Part shown: positions 18,394-26,670 of the stretch, in pieces
Layout of the letters: each line of letters starts with the position of its first letter
Position numbering within the stretch: the stretch's first letter is position 1
NCBI GenBank assembly: GCA_026400275.1
Contig: JAPLPK010000022.1
Location: 475-64,474, forward strand
Direction: 5' to 3'
Length of the DNA: 64,000 nucleotides
From: Burkholderiales bacterium
GTDB taxonomy: Bacteria > Pseudomonadota > Gammaproteobacteria > Burkholderiales > Burkholderiaceae_C
Notes under the pieces: generated by a model
Seen by the model: only the letters and a program-made list of their open reading frames with translations
What the model was told of the DNA's origin: nothing
The model's database searches: none
Program-made: the position numbers and the translations under genes

Positions 18394-19677
18394 ATGAAAG
18401 TTCTGATCTTGGGTAGCGGGGTGATAGGCACCACAACTGCGTACTACCTGGCCAAGGCCGGACACCAGGTCACGGTGGTGGACCGCCAGCCCGGCCCCGC
18501 GCTGGAGACCAGCTACGGCAATGCGGGCGAGGTGTCGCCCGGCTATTCGGCGCCCTGGGCCGGGCCGGGTGTGCCGCTCAAGGCGATCCAGTGGTTGATG
18601 ATGCACCACAGCCCGCTGGTGATACGCCCGCTGCTGGACCCGAGCATGTGGCGCTGGGGTGCCCAAATGCTGCGCAACTGCACCGAGGCGCGCTACCAGG
18701 TCAACAAGGGCCGCATGGTGCGTCTGGCCGAGTACAGCCGCGACTGCCTGAAGCAGCTGCGCGCCGACACCGGCATTGCCTACGACGAGCGCAGCCAGGG
18801 CACGCTGCAGCTGTTTCGCACCCAAAAGCAGTTGGACGGCACCGCTGGCGATATCGCCATCCTGAAACAATATGGCGTGCCCTACCAGCTGCTGGACCGC
18901 GAGGCCTATCTGCAGTACGAACCCGCATTGGCTTTGGTGAAGGAAAAGTTTGTCGGCGCGCTGCGCCTGCCCGGTGATGAAACTGGCGACTGCTTCAAGT
19001 TCACCAACCGCCTGGCCAAGATGGCCGAAGCCTTGGGCGTGCAGTTCCGCTACGGCGTGCAGATCGAACGCATCGCTGCAGATGGCAACAAGATTACTGG
19101 CGTCCACACCAGTGCTGGCCTGCTGCAGGCCGACAGCTATCTGGTAGCGCTGGGCAGCTATTCGCCCATCTTGCTCAAGCCGCTGGGCTTCAACCTGCCG
19201 GTGTACCCGGTGAAGGGCTATTCCATCACCGTGCCGATCACCGACGCGGCCTGCGCGCCCGAATCCACCGTGATGGACGAAACCCACAAGGTCGCCGTGA
19301 CCCGCCTGGGCGACCGTATCCGCGTGGGCGGCACGGCCGAGCTGGCTGGCTACAGCCTGCAGTTGCATGAAGAGCGCCGCAATACCCTGAACCACGTGGT
19401 CACTGACCTGTTCCCCCAGGGCGGCGATGTGTCCAAGGCCGAGTTCTGGACCGGCCTGCGCCCCATGACGCCCGACGGCACGCCGGTGCTGGGTGAAACC
19501 CCGTACCCGAATCTGCACCTGTCCACCGGCCACGGCACCTTGGGCTGGACCATGGCCGCCGGCACCGGCCGCGTGATGGCTGACCTGCTGTCGCAGCGCA
19601 AGCCCGACATCAGCATGGAAGGCCTGAGCCTGGCCCGCTACGGCAACGGATTTAGCGGTCGGGTCCATACAGGCTGA
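18394..19677 (+). CDS. dadA: D-amino acid dehydrogenase small subunit
   Basis: [47 protein letters not shown]. Confidence 0.94.
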   Translation: MKVLILGSGVIGTTTAYYLAKAGHQVTVVDRQPGPALETSYGNAGEVSPGYSAPWAGPGVPLKAIQWLMMHHSPLVIRPLLDPSMWRWGAQMLRNCTEARYQVNKGRMVRLAEYSRDCLKQLRADTGIAYDERSQGTLQLFRTQKQLDGTAGDIAILKQYGVPYQLLDREAYLQYEPALALVKEKFVGALRLPGDETGDCFKFTNRLAKMAEALGVQFRYGVQIERIAADGNKITGVHTSAGLLQADSYLVALGSYSPILLKPLGFNLPVYPVKGYSITVPITDAACAPESTVMDETHKVAVTRLGDRIRVGGTAELAGYSLQLHEERRNTLNHVVTDLFPQGGDVSKAEFWTGLRPMTPDGTPVLGETPYPNLHLSTGHGTLGWTMAAGTGRVMADLLSQRKPDISMEGLSLARYGNGFSGRVHTG

Positions 19678-19693
19678 GGTACATTCGCTTTCC

Positions 19694-20602
19694 ATGAGCA
19701 GTTTTGACCCCGACGCCCTTGAATGCCTTGCCGCGATAGTGGAAGAGGGGGGCTTCGAGCGTGCTGCGCAGCGGCTGAACATCACGCAGTCGGCGGTATC
19801 GCAGCGCCTGCGCTCGCTGGAGGCCCAGGCCGGCACCGTGCTGGTAGTGCGTAGCCGCCCGCTGAAGCCCACGGCCGCCGGCCATTTGCTCATCAAACAC
19901 ACCAAGCAGCTGCGCCTGCTGCGCGCCGATCTGGAGCGCGATATGCAAGAGCTGGCGCCCAGCATCAACGGTGGCGCGCGCGACGAGGAGCGGGTGTCTA
20001 TTGCCATTAACGCCGACAGCATCGCCACCTGGGCCATGGGTGCCCTGCAGGGCGTGGTGGCCCAGGGCTTGCCGCTGGAGATCATCACCGACGACCAGGA
20101 CTTCACCCAGGAATGGCTGCGTGAAGGCCAGGTGCTGGGCTGCGTGACGACCTTGAAGCAGGCCCTGCGCGGCTGCAAGGTGGTGCACCTGGGCGCCATG
20201 CGCTACGTGGCCGTTGCACAGGCCGAGTACGCCCGCCGGCATTTGCCGCATGGGCTGACGGCGCACAACTTTCGCAACGTGCCGTTTGTCGCCTTTAACC
20301 GCAAGGACGATATGCAGCGCGAGTTCGTCAGCCAGCTATTCGGTTTGAAGCGGGTGTCGCTACGCCAGGTTTTTGTGCCCAGCTCTGAAGGCCAGGTGCG
20401 TGCTGTGCGCGCCGGCTGGGGTATCAGCGTGGTGCCCGAGTTGCTGGCCAGCGAGTTGTTAGCCCAGGGGGAATTGGTGAACCTGGTTCCTAAAGAGGCT
20501 TTGCAGATCCAGCTCTACTGGCACTGCTGGAATCTGCAGTCCGAAGTGCTGGACACCTTGAGCGCCGCGCTGACTGACGCGGCGGCGGCTGCGCTGCAGT
20601 AA
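19694..20602 (+). CDS. argP: LysR regulator, ArgP/IciA family
   Basis: GGFERAAQRLNITQSAVSQRLRSLE, IAINADSIATW, LYWHCWNL. Confidence 0.85.
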   Translation: MSSFDPDALECLAAIVEEGGFERAAQRLNITQSAVSQRLRSLEAQAGTVLVVRSRPLKPTAAGHLLIKHTKQLRLLRADLERDMQELAPSINGGARDEERVSIAINADSIATWAMGALQGVVAQGLPLEIITDDQDFTQEWLREGQVLGCVTTLKQALRGCKVVHLGAMRYVAVAQAEYARRHLPHGLTAHNFRNVPFVAFNRKDDMQREFVSQLFGLKRVSLRQVFVPSSEGQVRAVRAGWGISVVPELLASELLAQGELVNLVPKEALQIQLYWHCWNLQSEVLDTLSAALTDAAAAALQ

Positions 20603-20658
20603 GGATTGGGCTGAGGTAGAACTGTCCGCAGTAGCGTGCGCGCAGCCCAGGGGACTGG

Positions 20659-21366
20659 CTACCAGAAACTCAGGCTCTTGGCCAGAATGCGCTGCATCCA
20701 GTTGCGAGACGTGGCGTCTTGTACATCGCCCTTGCCGACCAGTTCCAGCTTGGCATCCACCACATCGCCCGAGGCGACCACGTTGCCGGCGGTGATGTCA
20801 TACGGGTTCACCACGCCCGAGAAGCGCAACGTGCTGATGCCGTTGTTCAACACAATGCTTTTTTCGCCGGCCACTAGCAGGTAGCCGTTGGGCATGACGT
20901 TGATGACAGCAGCCGCCAACCTGCCGCTGAACTTGCTGTTGTTGCCGGCGGTGCCCGTGCCCTTGAGCGTGTCGGAGCCCGAGGCGGTTGCATCCACGTT
21001 CATGATGCCCTTGAGGATGCCGCCCAGAGAGCTGGATTCAGAACCCGGCCCCTTTTGTACCAGCTTGGTTTCCTTGCTGGTATTGCTGGTTTGTTCGCTG
21101 GTGGCGCTCAGGGTTTCAGAAATATCGATTTTCAGAGCATCGCCGATTTTGGTTGGTTTTCTACGGTCTGAAAATAGCGAGGTTACCGTCATATTCGAGC
21201 GGAATATCGCACCGGTGGCTACCGGCTCAATATCCATGGGCTGCTGCAAGGCCGCCACACGCACCGGCGGCGGGACAATACTGTCCGAGCCGGCGCAAGC
21301 TCCTAGCGCGCCCAATACAAATATCGCTATGAAATATGCGTGTAAGCGATAGATAGTCTGTGCCAT
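20659..21366 (-). CDS. flgH: Flagellar L-ring lipoprotein FlgH (orphan)
   Basis: Lipobox LGAC; SLFSDRR..IGD.L.I.ISE; VINVMPNGYLLVAGEK; LRFSGVVNPYDI..GNVV.S..V.DAKL; WMQR. Confidence 0.88.
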   Translation of the reverse strand: MAQTIYRLHAYFIAIFVLGALGACAGSDSIVPPPVRVAALQQPMDIEPVATGAIFRSNMTVTSLFSDRRKPTKIGDALKIDISETLSATSEQTSNTSKETKLVQKGPGSESSSLGGILKGIMNVDATASGSDTLKGTGTAGNNSKFSGRLAAAVINVMPNGYLLVAGEKSIVLNNGISTLRFSGVVNPYDITAGNVVASGDVVDAKLELVGKGDVQDATSRNWMQRILAKSLSFW

Positions 21367-21382
21367 ATAAATCCCCAGGTGT

Positions 21383-21928
21383 TTAATTTTCAAATCCGGT
21401 GAGTAATGCGGTAATAACCGGTGCAACCTTGCTGCGGGTGGATGACCATTTACCCATGCCATATACCGGGTCTAGCGCATAACTGCTCTTGGACAGCACT
21501 TTTCCAGTGGATGTACGCAATGTCAGTGTGGTGCTGGTCAAATAGGTCTTGTAATCATTGGTGAATGGTGGAATATCCCACTCCACATACGCTACATAAT
21601 TTAGCCAAATTTCGCAGGTACTGGGGGCGGTGCCGGCTTCATAAATCCGACTTTCTATTTGGTGCAAGCGCAATTCGGATTGCACTGCTGGCAGTATTTC
21701 AACCGCCTGTGATTGCGGATTGAATTCAATACAGACTTTGCCGAAAATGGGGTGTATGTGGTAGACCGTGTCCTTTGCCTTGCTGGGTCCGACCGTAATC
21801 AGTGTGCTGGCAGCCGTGCCTGAGGCCTTCACCAGCTCAAACAGCGGCACGGGCGTGAATATGGAGCAGGCGGTTTGCAGCAAACACGCCGCTACCGCAG
21901 CTCCGCGCAGGCAATAGGACTTAAACAG
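21383..21928 (-). CDS. Hypothetical lipoprotein, probable CTG start
   Basis: Frame is open upstream of TTG 21883 to a CTG 6 nt below AGGAG, giving MFKSYCLRGAAVAACLLQTAC-SIF with a lipobox. Confidence 0.7.
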   Translation of the reverse strand: MFKSYCLRGAAVAACLLQTACSIFTPVPLFELVKASGTAASTLITVGPSKAKDTVYHIHPIFGKVCIEFNPQSQAVEILPAVQSELRLHQIESRIYEAGTAPSTCEIWLNYVAYVEWDIPPFTNDYKTYLTSTTLTLRTSTGKVLSKSSYALDPVYGMGKWSSTRSKVAPVITALLTGFEN

Positions 21929-21962
21929 AATATTCTCCTGGACCTGTATGCCGGGCTACTGG

Positions 21963-22451
21963 TTAAACCAGTGCGCTCACGATTTGCGTGGCACCCGATA
22001 TACCCGCCTGCGTATATCCGGCTGCGGCATTGGCTACTGCGCCAATACCTTTGGCAGTAGCGTTATAGGCAGTTTTTAAACCATCCGCGCTTTCATGGGC
22101 CAGGGTCACTGTGCTGTCGACGGCAGATTTGGCGGTGTTTTCCACGGCCTGCACTGCGCTGCTGGCAGCATTGCTGATGCCGCTGGTTACGCTGTTATAG
22201 GCACTCTTTAATTCTTTAGTGCCTTCTGAAACCGTGGAGGCGGTATTTTCTACCGCCGATTTCACGGTGTTAATTGCACTATTGCCCAGACTTTTAGCCG
22301 CTGTGCCCGCCGAATTAGCCAGACCCATGGCATCGGCAGTAGCTGCGCTAAAAGCCTTCGCACTATTTTCATGGGTACTGGAGCTTTTGGAGGCTGCCGT
22401 AGATGTTTTGGCAGTGCTGGCGGGAATGGTGGTTGCATTGCTGATTTGCAT
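21963..22451 (-). CDS. Hypothetical Ala/Ser/Thr-rich protein with two 44-aa repeats
   Basis: 162-aa ORF with RBS GAGGA; aa53-96 align with aa97-140. Confidence 0.75.
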   Translation of the reverse strand: MQISNATTIPASTAKTSTAASKSSSTHENSAKAFSAATADAMGLANSAGTAAKSLGNSAINTVKSAVENTASTVSEGTKELKSAYNSVTSGISNAASSAVQAVENTAKSAVDSTVTLAHESADGLKTAYNATAKGIGAVANAAAGYTQAGISGATQIVSALV

Positions 22452-22782
22452 GGTGATCCTCTGGGTTGATGGACGGGCAATTAAATTCTGTCAGCCAGCC
22501 CCAGACGTAAATCACAGATAAAGCGCTATAAAACCTGCCAGGTACATTGGATTCACAATCAGGTGTGCAATGGGTACAAATGGTATATGTACTGAAACAT
22601 AAATGCGCTGATGCAATCGTTTATTAAATAAATTAAAGATAATATGGCTGGATTTTTGAAACTCCGTTGTCAGCAGATCCAGCCGATCGCCAGTGTGTTG
22701 TACGCATGCTGTGTTTAGTGACTTGCGGGTCTAACAATAGACCCATAGTTCTTGTTTTGTGCGTCTGCACTTAAAATGCGGC

Positions 22783-23400
22783 ATGCGCTCCTCCCTCCAA
22801 CCCAAAATTTCCTTCAAGCAGCAGATGCTGCAAGCCCGTGAAGAGGCCATCGTGCAAACCGTTAACCGGCTGCTGGCTGAAAAGGGCTTTGACGCCATGA
22901 CGGTGGACGAGGTGGCGCTGGGCGTGGGCATCGCCAAGGCCAGCCTGTACAAGCACTTTCCCAGCAAGGAAGACCTGGCCGCTGCCGCCATGGTGCGCGT
23001 GCTGCAGCGCACGCGGGACTTTTTGCAAACCCTGCCTGCCACCGATGCCCCTCTGTTGAAGCTGCAAGCCCTGGTGCGCTGGGCCATGCAGGTGCAGCTG
23101 GCCGGTGAGATGCCTTCGCTACCCAGCCAGAACTCCAGCCTGCGCGCCAACCTGATGGGCAATAACGCCTACCTGGATGTGTTGGTGCAGGTCAGCGACC
23201 AGCTCGGCGGCTGGATACAGGCCGCGCAAACCGCTGGCCAGATCAATCCGCAGTTGCCGGCCGTGGCCGTGCTGTACACGCTGTATGCGCGCGCCTGCGA
23301 TCCGGTGCTGGGCTTTTTGCAGGCCGGCGGCCAGCACAGCAACGAGCAGATCATTGAATGGGTGCTGTCCACCTGCTTTGATGGTCTGATTGCTCGCTAG
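22783..23400 (+). CDS. TetR/AcrR-family regulator
   Basis: KGFDAMTVDEVALGVGIAKASLYKHFPSKEDL. Confidence 0.92.
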   Translation: MRSSLQPKISFKQQMLQAREEAIVQTVNRLLAEKGFDAMTVDEVALGVGIAKASLYKHFPSKEDLAAAAMVRVLQRTRDFLQTLPATDAPLLKLQALVRWAMQVQLAGEMPSLPSQNSSLRANLMGNNAYLDVLVQVSDQLGGWIQAAQTAGQINPQLPAVAVLYTLYARACDPVLGFLQAGGQHSNEQIIEWVLSTCFDGLIAR

Positions 23401-23443
23401 CGCAGGTTTTATCTGCGCTGGCAGCTATTAAAATCATAGTAAA
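23389..23443 (-). repeat. Dispersed double-hairpin repeat, copy 4 (overlaps the TetR stop)
   Basis: Minus strand TTTACTATGATTTTAATAGCTGCCAGCGCAGATAAAACCTGCGCTAGCG. Confidence 0.85.
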
Positions 23444-23449
23444 CATGGT

Positions 23450-24274
23450 TCACAGCGGAATGCAGCGCGCATCCTGGAAGTGCAGCTGCTCGTTCTTGCG
23501 GGTGTAGCCCCTGGGGTTGGCTACGACCCGGCATCCTCTGTGCACGTAGTCGCTGGGGGCGTGTAGATGGCCGTGTAACCATAGCTGCGCGTGCGGCAGC
23601 AGATCGTCCAGCGCATTGCAGAAGCCGGCCGTGCCCGGCGTGCGCCCGTAGCGCGGGTCGGCGCTGTGCAGGCTGGGCGCAAAGTGGGTGACTACGACCG
23701 TGGGGCCGGCAAAGGGTGTGGCCAGGGCCTGGCGCAGCCAGGCCTGGCAGTCCAGGGCCTGCGCACGGATGGCATCGGCCAGCATGGGTTGGCCGTCGCG
23801 GGTGGCCGAGTTCTTCGTCAGATAGTAGTTGGCCGCGCGGAAGGCCTTGTCGCGCGCCTTGAGTTGTTGGGCCAGCGTGGCTTCGGTGGCTGTGTCGTCT
23901 GGCCCGAGTGCGTCAAAGTCGCTCCACAGCGTGGTGCCTATGAAGCGTACGCCCTGCAGTTCCACGGTTTTGCGCTCCAGCCAGACCAGCCCCAAGCGTT
24001 CGCAGGTGGCGCGCAGGCGCTGGTGGGCGGTGTCGAAGTCCAGCCCGTCGTATTCATGGTTGCCTGGAACGAACAACACCGGCGTGGGCCAGCCGGCGTG
24101 CTGGGGCAGGGGGGAGAAGCGGGCCAGGCCGAAGTCGCTATCGTCCAGGCGCGAACCCGCCTGGTAGGAGCCGATATCGCCGGCCAGCACCAACACATCG
24201 GCGCCGGGCGCGGGCGTGGGTGTGAAGTCTGGGTGGGTTTCTAGGTGCAGGTCGGACAGCAGTTGGATCTTCAT
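23450..24274 (-). CDS. Metallophosphoesterase (calcineurin-like)
   Basis: SDLH, LAGDI, VPGNHE, VVTH, WLHGHLH. Confidence 0.92.
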   Translation of the reverse strand: MKIQLLSDLHLETHPDFTPTPAPGADVLVLAGDIGSYQAGSRLDDSDFGLARFSPLPQHAGWPTPVLFVPGNHEYDGLDFDTAHQRLRATCERLGLVWLERKTVELQGVRFIGTTLWSDFDALGPDDTATEATLAQQLKARDKAFRAANYYLTKNSATRDGQPMLADAIRAQALDCQAWLRQALATPFAGPTVVVTHFAPSLHSADPRYGRTPGTAGFCNALDDLLPHAQLWLHGHLHAPSDYVHRGCRVVANPRGYTRKNEQLHFQDARCIPL

Positions 24275-24388
24275 GGCGGCGCCAGTCTACGCGGGATCTT
24301 GCCTGTTGATTACTGCACAGAGAATGCCCGCCACAGCGGGTCTGCAGCAGGTTATGCAGCAAGTGCATAGCTTTGGGCTTGAATATCT

Positions 24389-24400
24389 AGGGAAAACCCT
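24389..24400. promoter_or_regulatory. Palindrome AGGG-AAAA-CCCT upstream of a small gene
   Basis: Perfect 4-bp arms; similar sites occur in other intergenic regions of this window. Confidence 0.45.
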
Positions 24401-24448
24401 TATTCTTCACTCATCGTTGTTTTTCACCGTTTGTCCGGTGGTATTTGT

Positions 24449-24643
24449 ATGTTGAGTCTGCTCCTCCAAAAGATCTTGTTCCGTAGCGTCAGCGCAGCTG
24501 TGCCTGCCATCCGTCGCCGCAAAGACACGCCCAATGTGGCCCAGGATTTGATGGAAAGCGCGGGTGCCCGCTCTGGCACCAACCCCTACCAGTCGGCCGA
24601 ACTGCGTGGCGCGGCACTGGCCTTTCTCAGTGTGATGCGCTGA
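24449..24643 (+). CDS. Small hypothetical protein (64 aa)
   Basis: MLSLLLQKILF...AELRGAALAFLSVMR; fills the gap between divergent and convergent neighbours. Confidence 0.6.
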   Translation: MLSLLLQKILFRSVSAAVPAIRRRKDTPNVAQDLMESAGARSGTNPYQSAELRGAALAFLSVMR

Positions 24644-24648
24644 TAGCT

Positions 24649-25605
24649 TTAGCTCGTAAACGCCTTTTTGGCAGAGCGAGCCAAGGCCAGGCGCAGCCAG
24701 GTGTGGGCTGCGTCATGCTCCATACGCCGGTGCCATAGCGCATCGACGTGCACCGCAGGCACCGTGAACGGCAGCTCTTGCAGCTGCAGCGCATCGGCCA
24801 TGCCGGTGACGCTGACGAAGTGCCGTGGCAGCACCGTCAGCAAGTCAGAATTGACCACCACCCGGCCTGCGGTGAAAAACTGGTTCACCGTTAGCACCAC
24901 GCGGCGCTCGCGTTTCAGGCGAGTCAAAGCCTCGTCTATAAAGCCAAAGGCCCGGCCGGAAAAGCTCACCAGCAAGTGGCGGGCTGCACAAAACGCGTCC
25001 AGCGTCAGGCCGGCGGGGGCCAGCGGATGGCCTTTGCGCATCGCGCATACATATTGACCGTCGTAGAGGCGCTGGTGCGCATACGGCGTGGCCTTGCCCA
25101 CCTGGGCGCGGGCTGTCAGGTCGCTCATTACCGCCGGGAAATAGCCCACGGCCAGGTCGGCCAACTCGTCCTCCAACAGCTTGCGCGGGTCGCGCGTGGT
25201 CAGCGGCACGACGCGCAGCGAGATGCCGGGCGCCTCGGTTTCCAGAATGTCCACCAGCCCGGGTATCAGCTCCGCCGCCGTGGCGTCGGCCATGGCCAGC
25301 ACAAAGGTGCTGTCGGCCAGCGCTGGCACGAAATCGCTGGGCACCAGTGAAGCTTGTAGCTGCCGCAAGGCCTCGCGTACCACCGGCCACAGCGCCAGGG
25401 CGCGCGGCGTGGCCTCCAGGCTTTGGCCGCGCCGGCGCACCAGCTCGTCATCCAGGGTTTCACGCAGGCGCCGCAGGGCGTTGCTGACGGCAGGCTGGGT
25501 CAGCGCCAGGTTTTGCGCCGCCCGGGTGAGGCTGCGCTCGGCCATGATTTCATCAAACACCCGCAGCAGGTTGAGATCGAAAGTGCGAAAGTTAGGCAGG
25601 CTCAT
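24649..25605 (-). CDS. LysR regulator (NodD/MexT-like substrate domain)
   Basis: FDLNLLRVFDEIMAERSLTRAAQNLALTQPAVSNAL. Confidence 0.93.
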   Translation of the reverse strand: MSLPNFRTFDLNLLRVFDEIMAERSLTRAAQNLALTQPAVSNALRRLRETLDDELVRRRGQSLEATPRALALWPVVREALRQLQASLVPSDFVPALADSTFVLAMADATAAELIPGLVDILETEAPGISLRVVPLTTRDPRKLLEDELADLAVGYFPAVMSDLTARAQVGKATPYAHQRLYDGQYVCAMRKGHPLAPAGLTLDAFCAARHLLVSFSGRAFGFIDEALTRLKRERRVVLTVNQFFTAGRVVVNSDLLTVLPRHFVSVTGMADALQLQELPFTVPAVHVDALWHRRMEHDAAHTWLRLALARSAKKAFTS

Positions 25606-25749
25606 GGCGGGTGGCGCAAACGTTTGCGCAGTGGTAAGTGCAGTGTGTTGCTTTATAGATACGGTGCATCGTCATGGCCATGCGCTGGTACGAAGACTGA
25701 TGCAGGTGCCAAAAAAACCGTTTTTGCATACCATATTTATAAACTGAGT

Positions 25750-25805
25750 TTGCTATGGTTATGAGAGCTGCTAGCGCAAAGAGCACATGCGTTAGAGGCA
25801 TATTC
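25750..25805 (+). repeat. Dispersed double-hairpin repeat, copy 5
   Basis: TTGCTATGGTTATGAGAGCTGCTAGCGCAAAGAGCACATGCGTTAGAGGCATATT. Confidence 0.8.
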
Positions 25806-26008
25806 CACAGCAATGTTTACATACGTATGAAAGCCCTTTACAGATCGGTCTGGCTAGCTTGCAGGGTGGCAAGTCGCAAGCTATTCATCACTGTGGTGAA
25901 TGGAGATCATCACAAAGATAAAGTAGGGTCGTATGGGTATAAACCCTAATATTCGCTTGCGTCTACGGCGATCCCGTCCAGAGGACGCTAGATCCAAAGG
26001 AAATTACC

Positions 26009-26548
26009 ATGACCAGCATTGCCCAAACCAGCTTCCCTACCGCACTCAACAGCGCAACCCGTGCTGAGTCGGCAACCGGAAACCTGTCCGAACGTTTTGA
26101 CTCCGCCAAGGGCCTGTCCACCATTTTGTTGGCCGCGATTGTGTCCGCACTGGTGGTTGCTGCCGACCAGTTGGTAGACAACTGGGGCGAAGGCCATCTG
26201 CTGGCCGCCTGGGGCGCTGTGTGGGCCGTAGGCTTTGTTGCTCTGGCACTGTTTGCAGGCACAGCCCGCCGCGCTGCCGCACGCATCGTGCTGGCTCTGG
26301 ATGCATGGTCGCTGCGCCAAGCCCGTGCCCGCGCTGACCAACGTCTGTGGGCTACCGCTTTGAGCGACCCCCGCATCATGGCCGACCTGCAAGTCGCCAT
26401 GGGCCGCCACGCAGAAGCCGACGCTACCGTGGTGGCAGACAAGGCTCCCGTATCAGGCCGTCTGGGCCGTGCTGCACTGGCTGCTTTTGACCGCCTGGAC
26501 GCGCAAGCTTACGCTGCTGCGCAATACCGCCTGTCCGCATACCTGTAA
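26009..26548 (+). CDS. Hypothetical membrane protein (two TM helices)
   Basis: RBS AAGGA; hydrophobic segments ILLAAIVSALVVAA and LLAAWGAVWAVGFVALALFA; high-expression-like codon use. Confidence 0.75.
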   Translation: MTSIAQTSFPTALNSATRAESATGNLSERFDSAKGLSTILLAAIVSALVVAADQLVDNWGEGHLLAAWGAVWAVGFVALALFAGTARRAAARIVLALDAWSLRQARARADQRLWATALSDPRIMADLQVAMGRHAEADATVVADKAPVSGRLGRAALAAFDRLDAQAYAAAQYRLSAYL

Positions 26549-26624
26549 TTGCGCAAACCGCGCTGCCGTCAACGCCTGTCGATCAGGCACTGCCGGCCGC
26601 GTAGTGCGCCGAACATGAGGCCCC

Positions 26625-26655
26625 AAAGCCCCGCCCATCTTGTGCGGGGCTTTTT
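26625..26655. terminator. Intrinsic terminator, probably bidirectional
   Basis: AAAGCCCCGC-ccatcttgt-GCGGGGCTTTTT between convergent genes. Confidence 0.85.
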
Positions 26656-26670
26656 GCATTCAGCGTTACC

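Noticed and set aside
22470-22520. Sigma-28 promoter for the flgH islet (TTTACG...GCTGACAG on the minus strand)
   Set aside because: Both boxes are weak and the spacing does not fit TAAA-N15-GCCGATAA.
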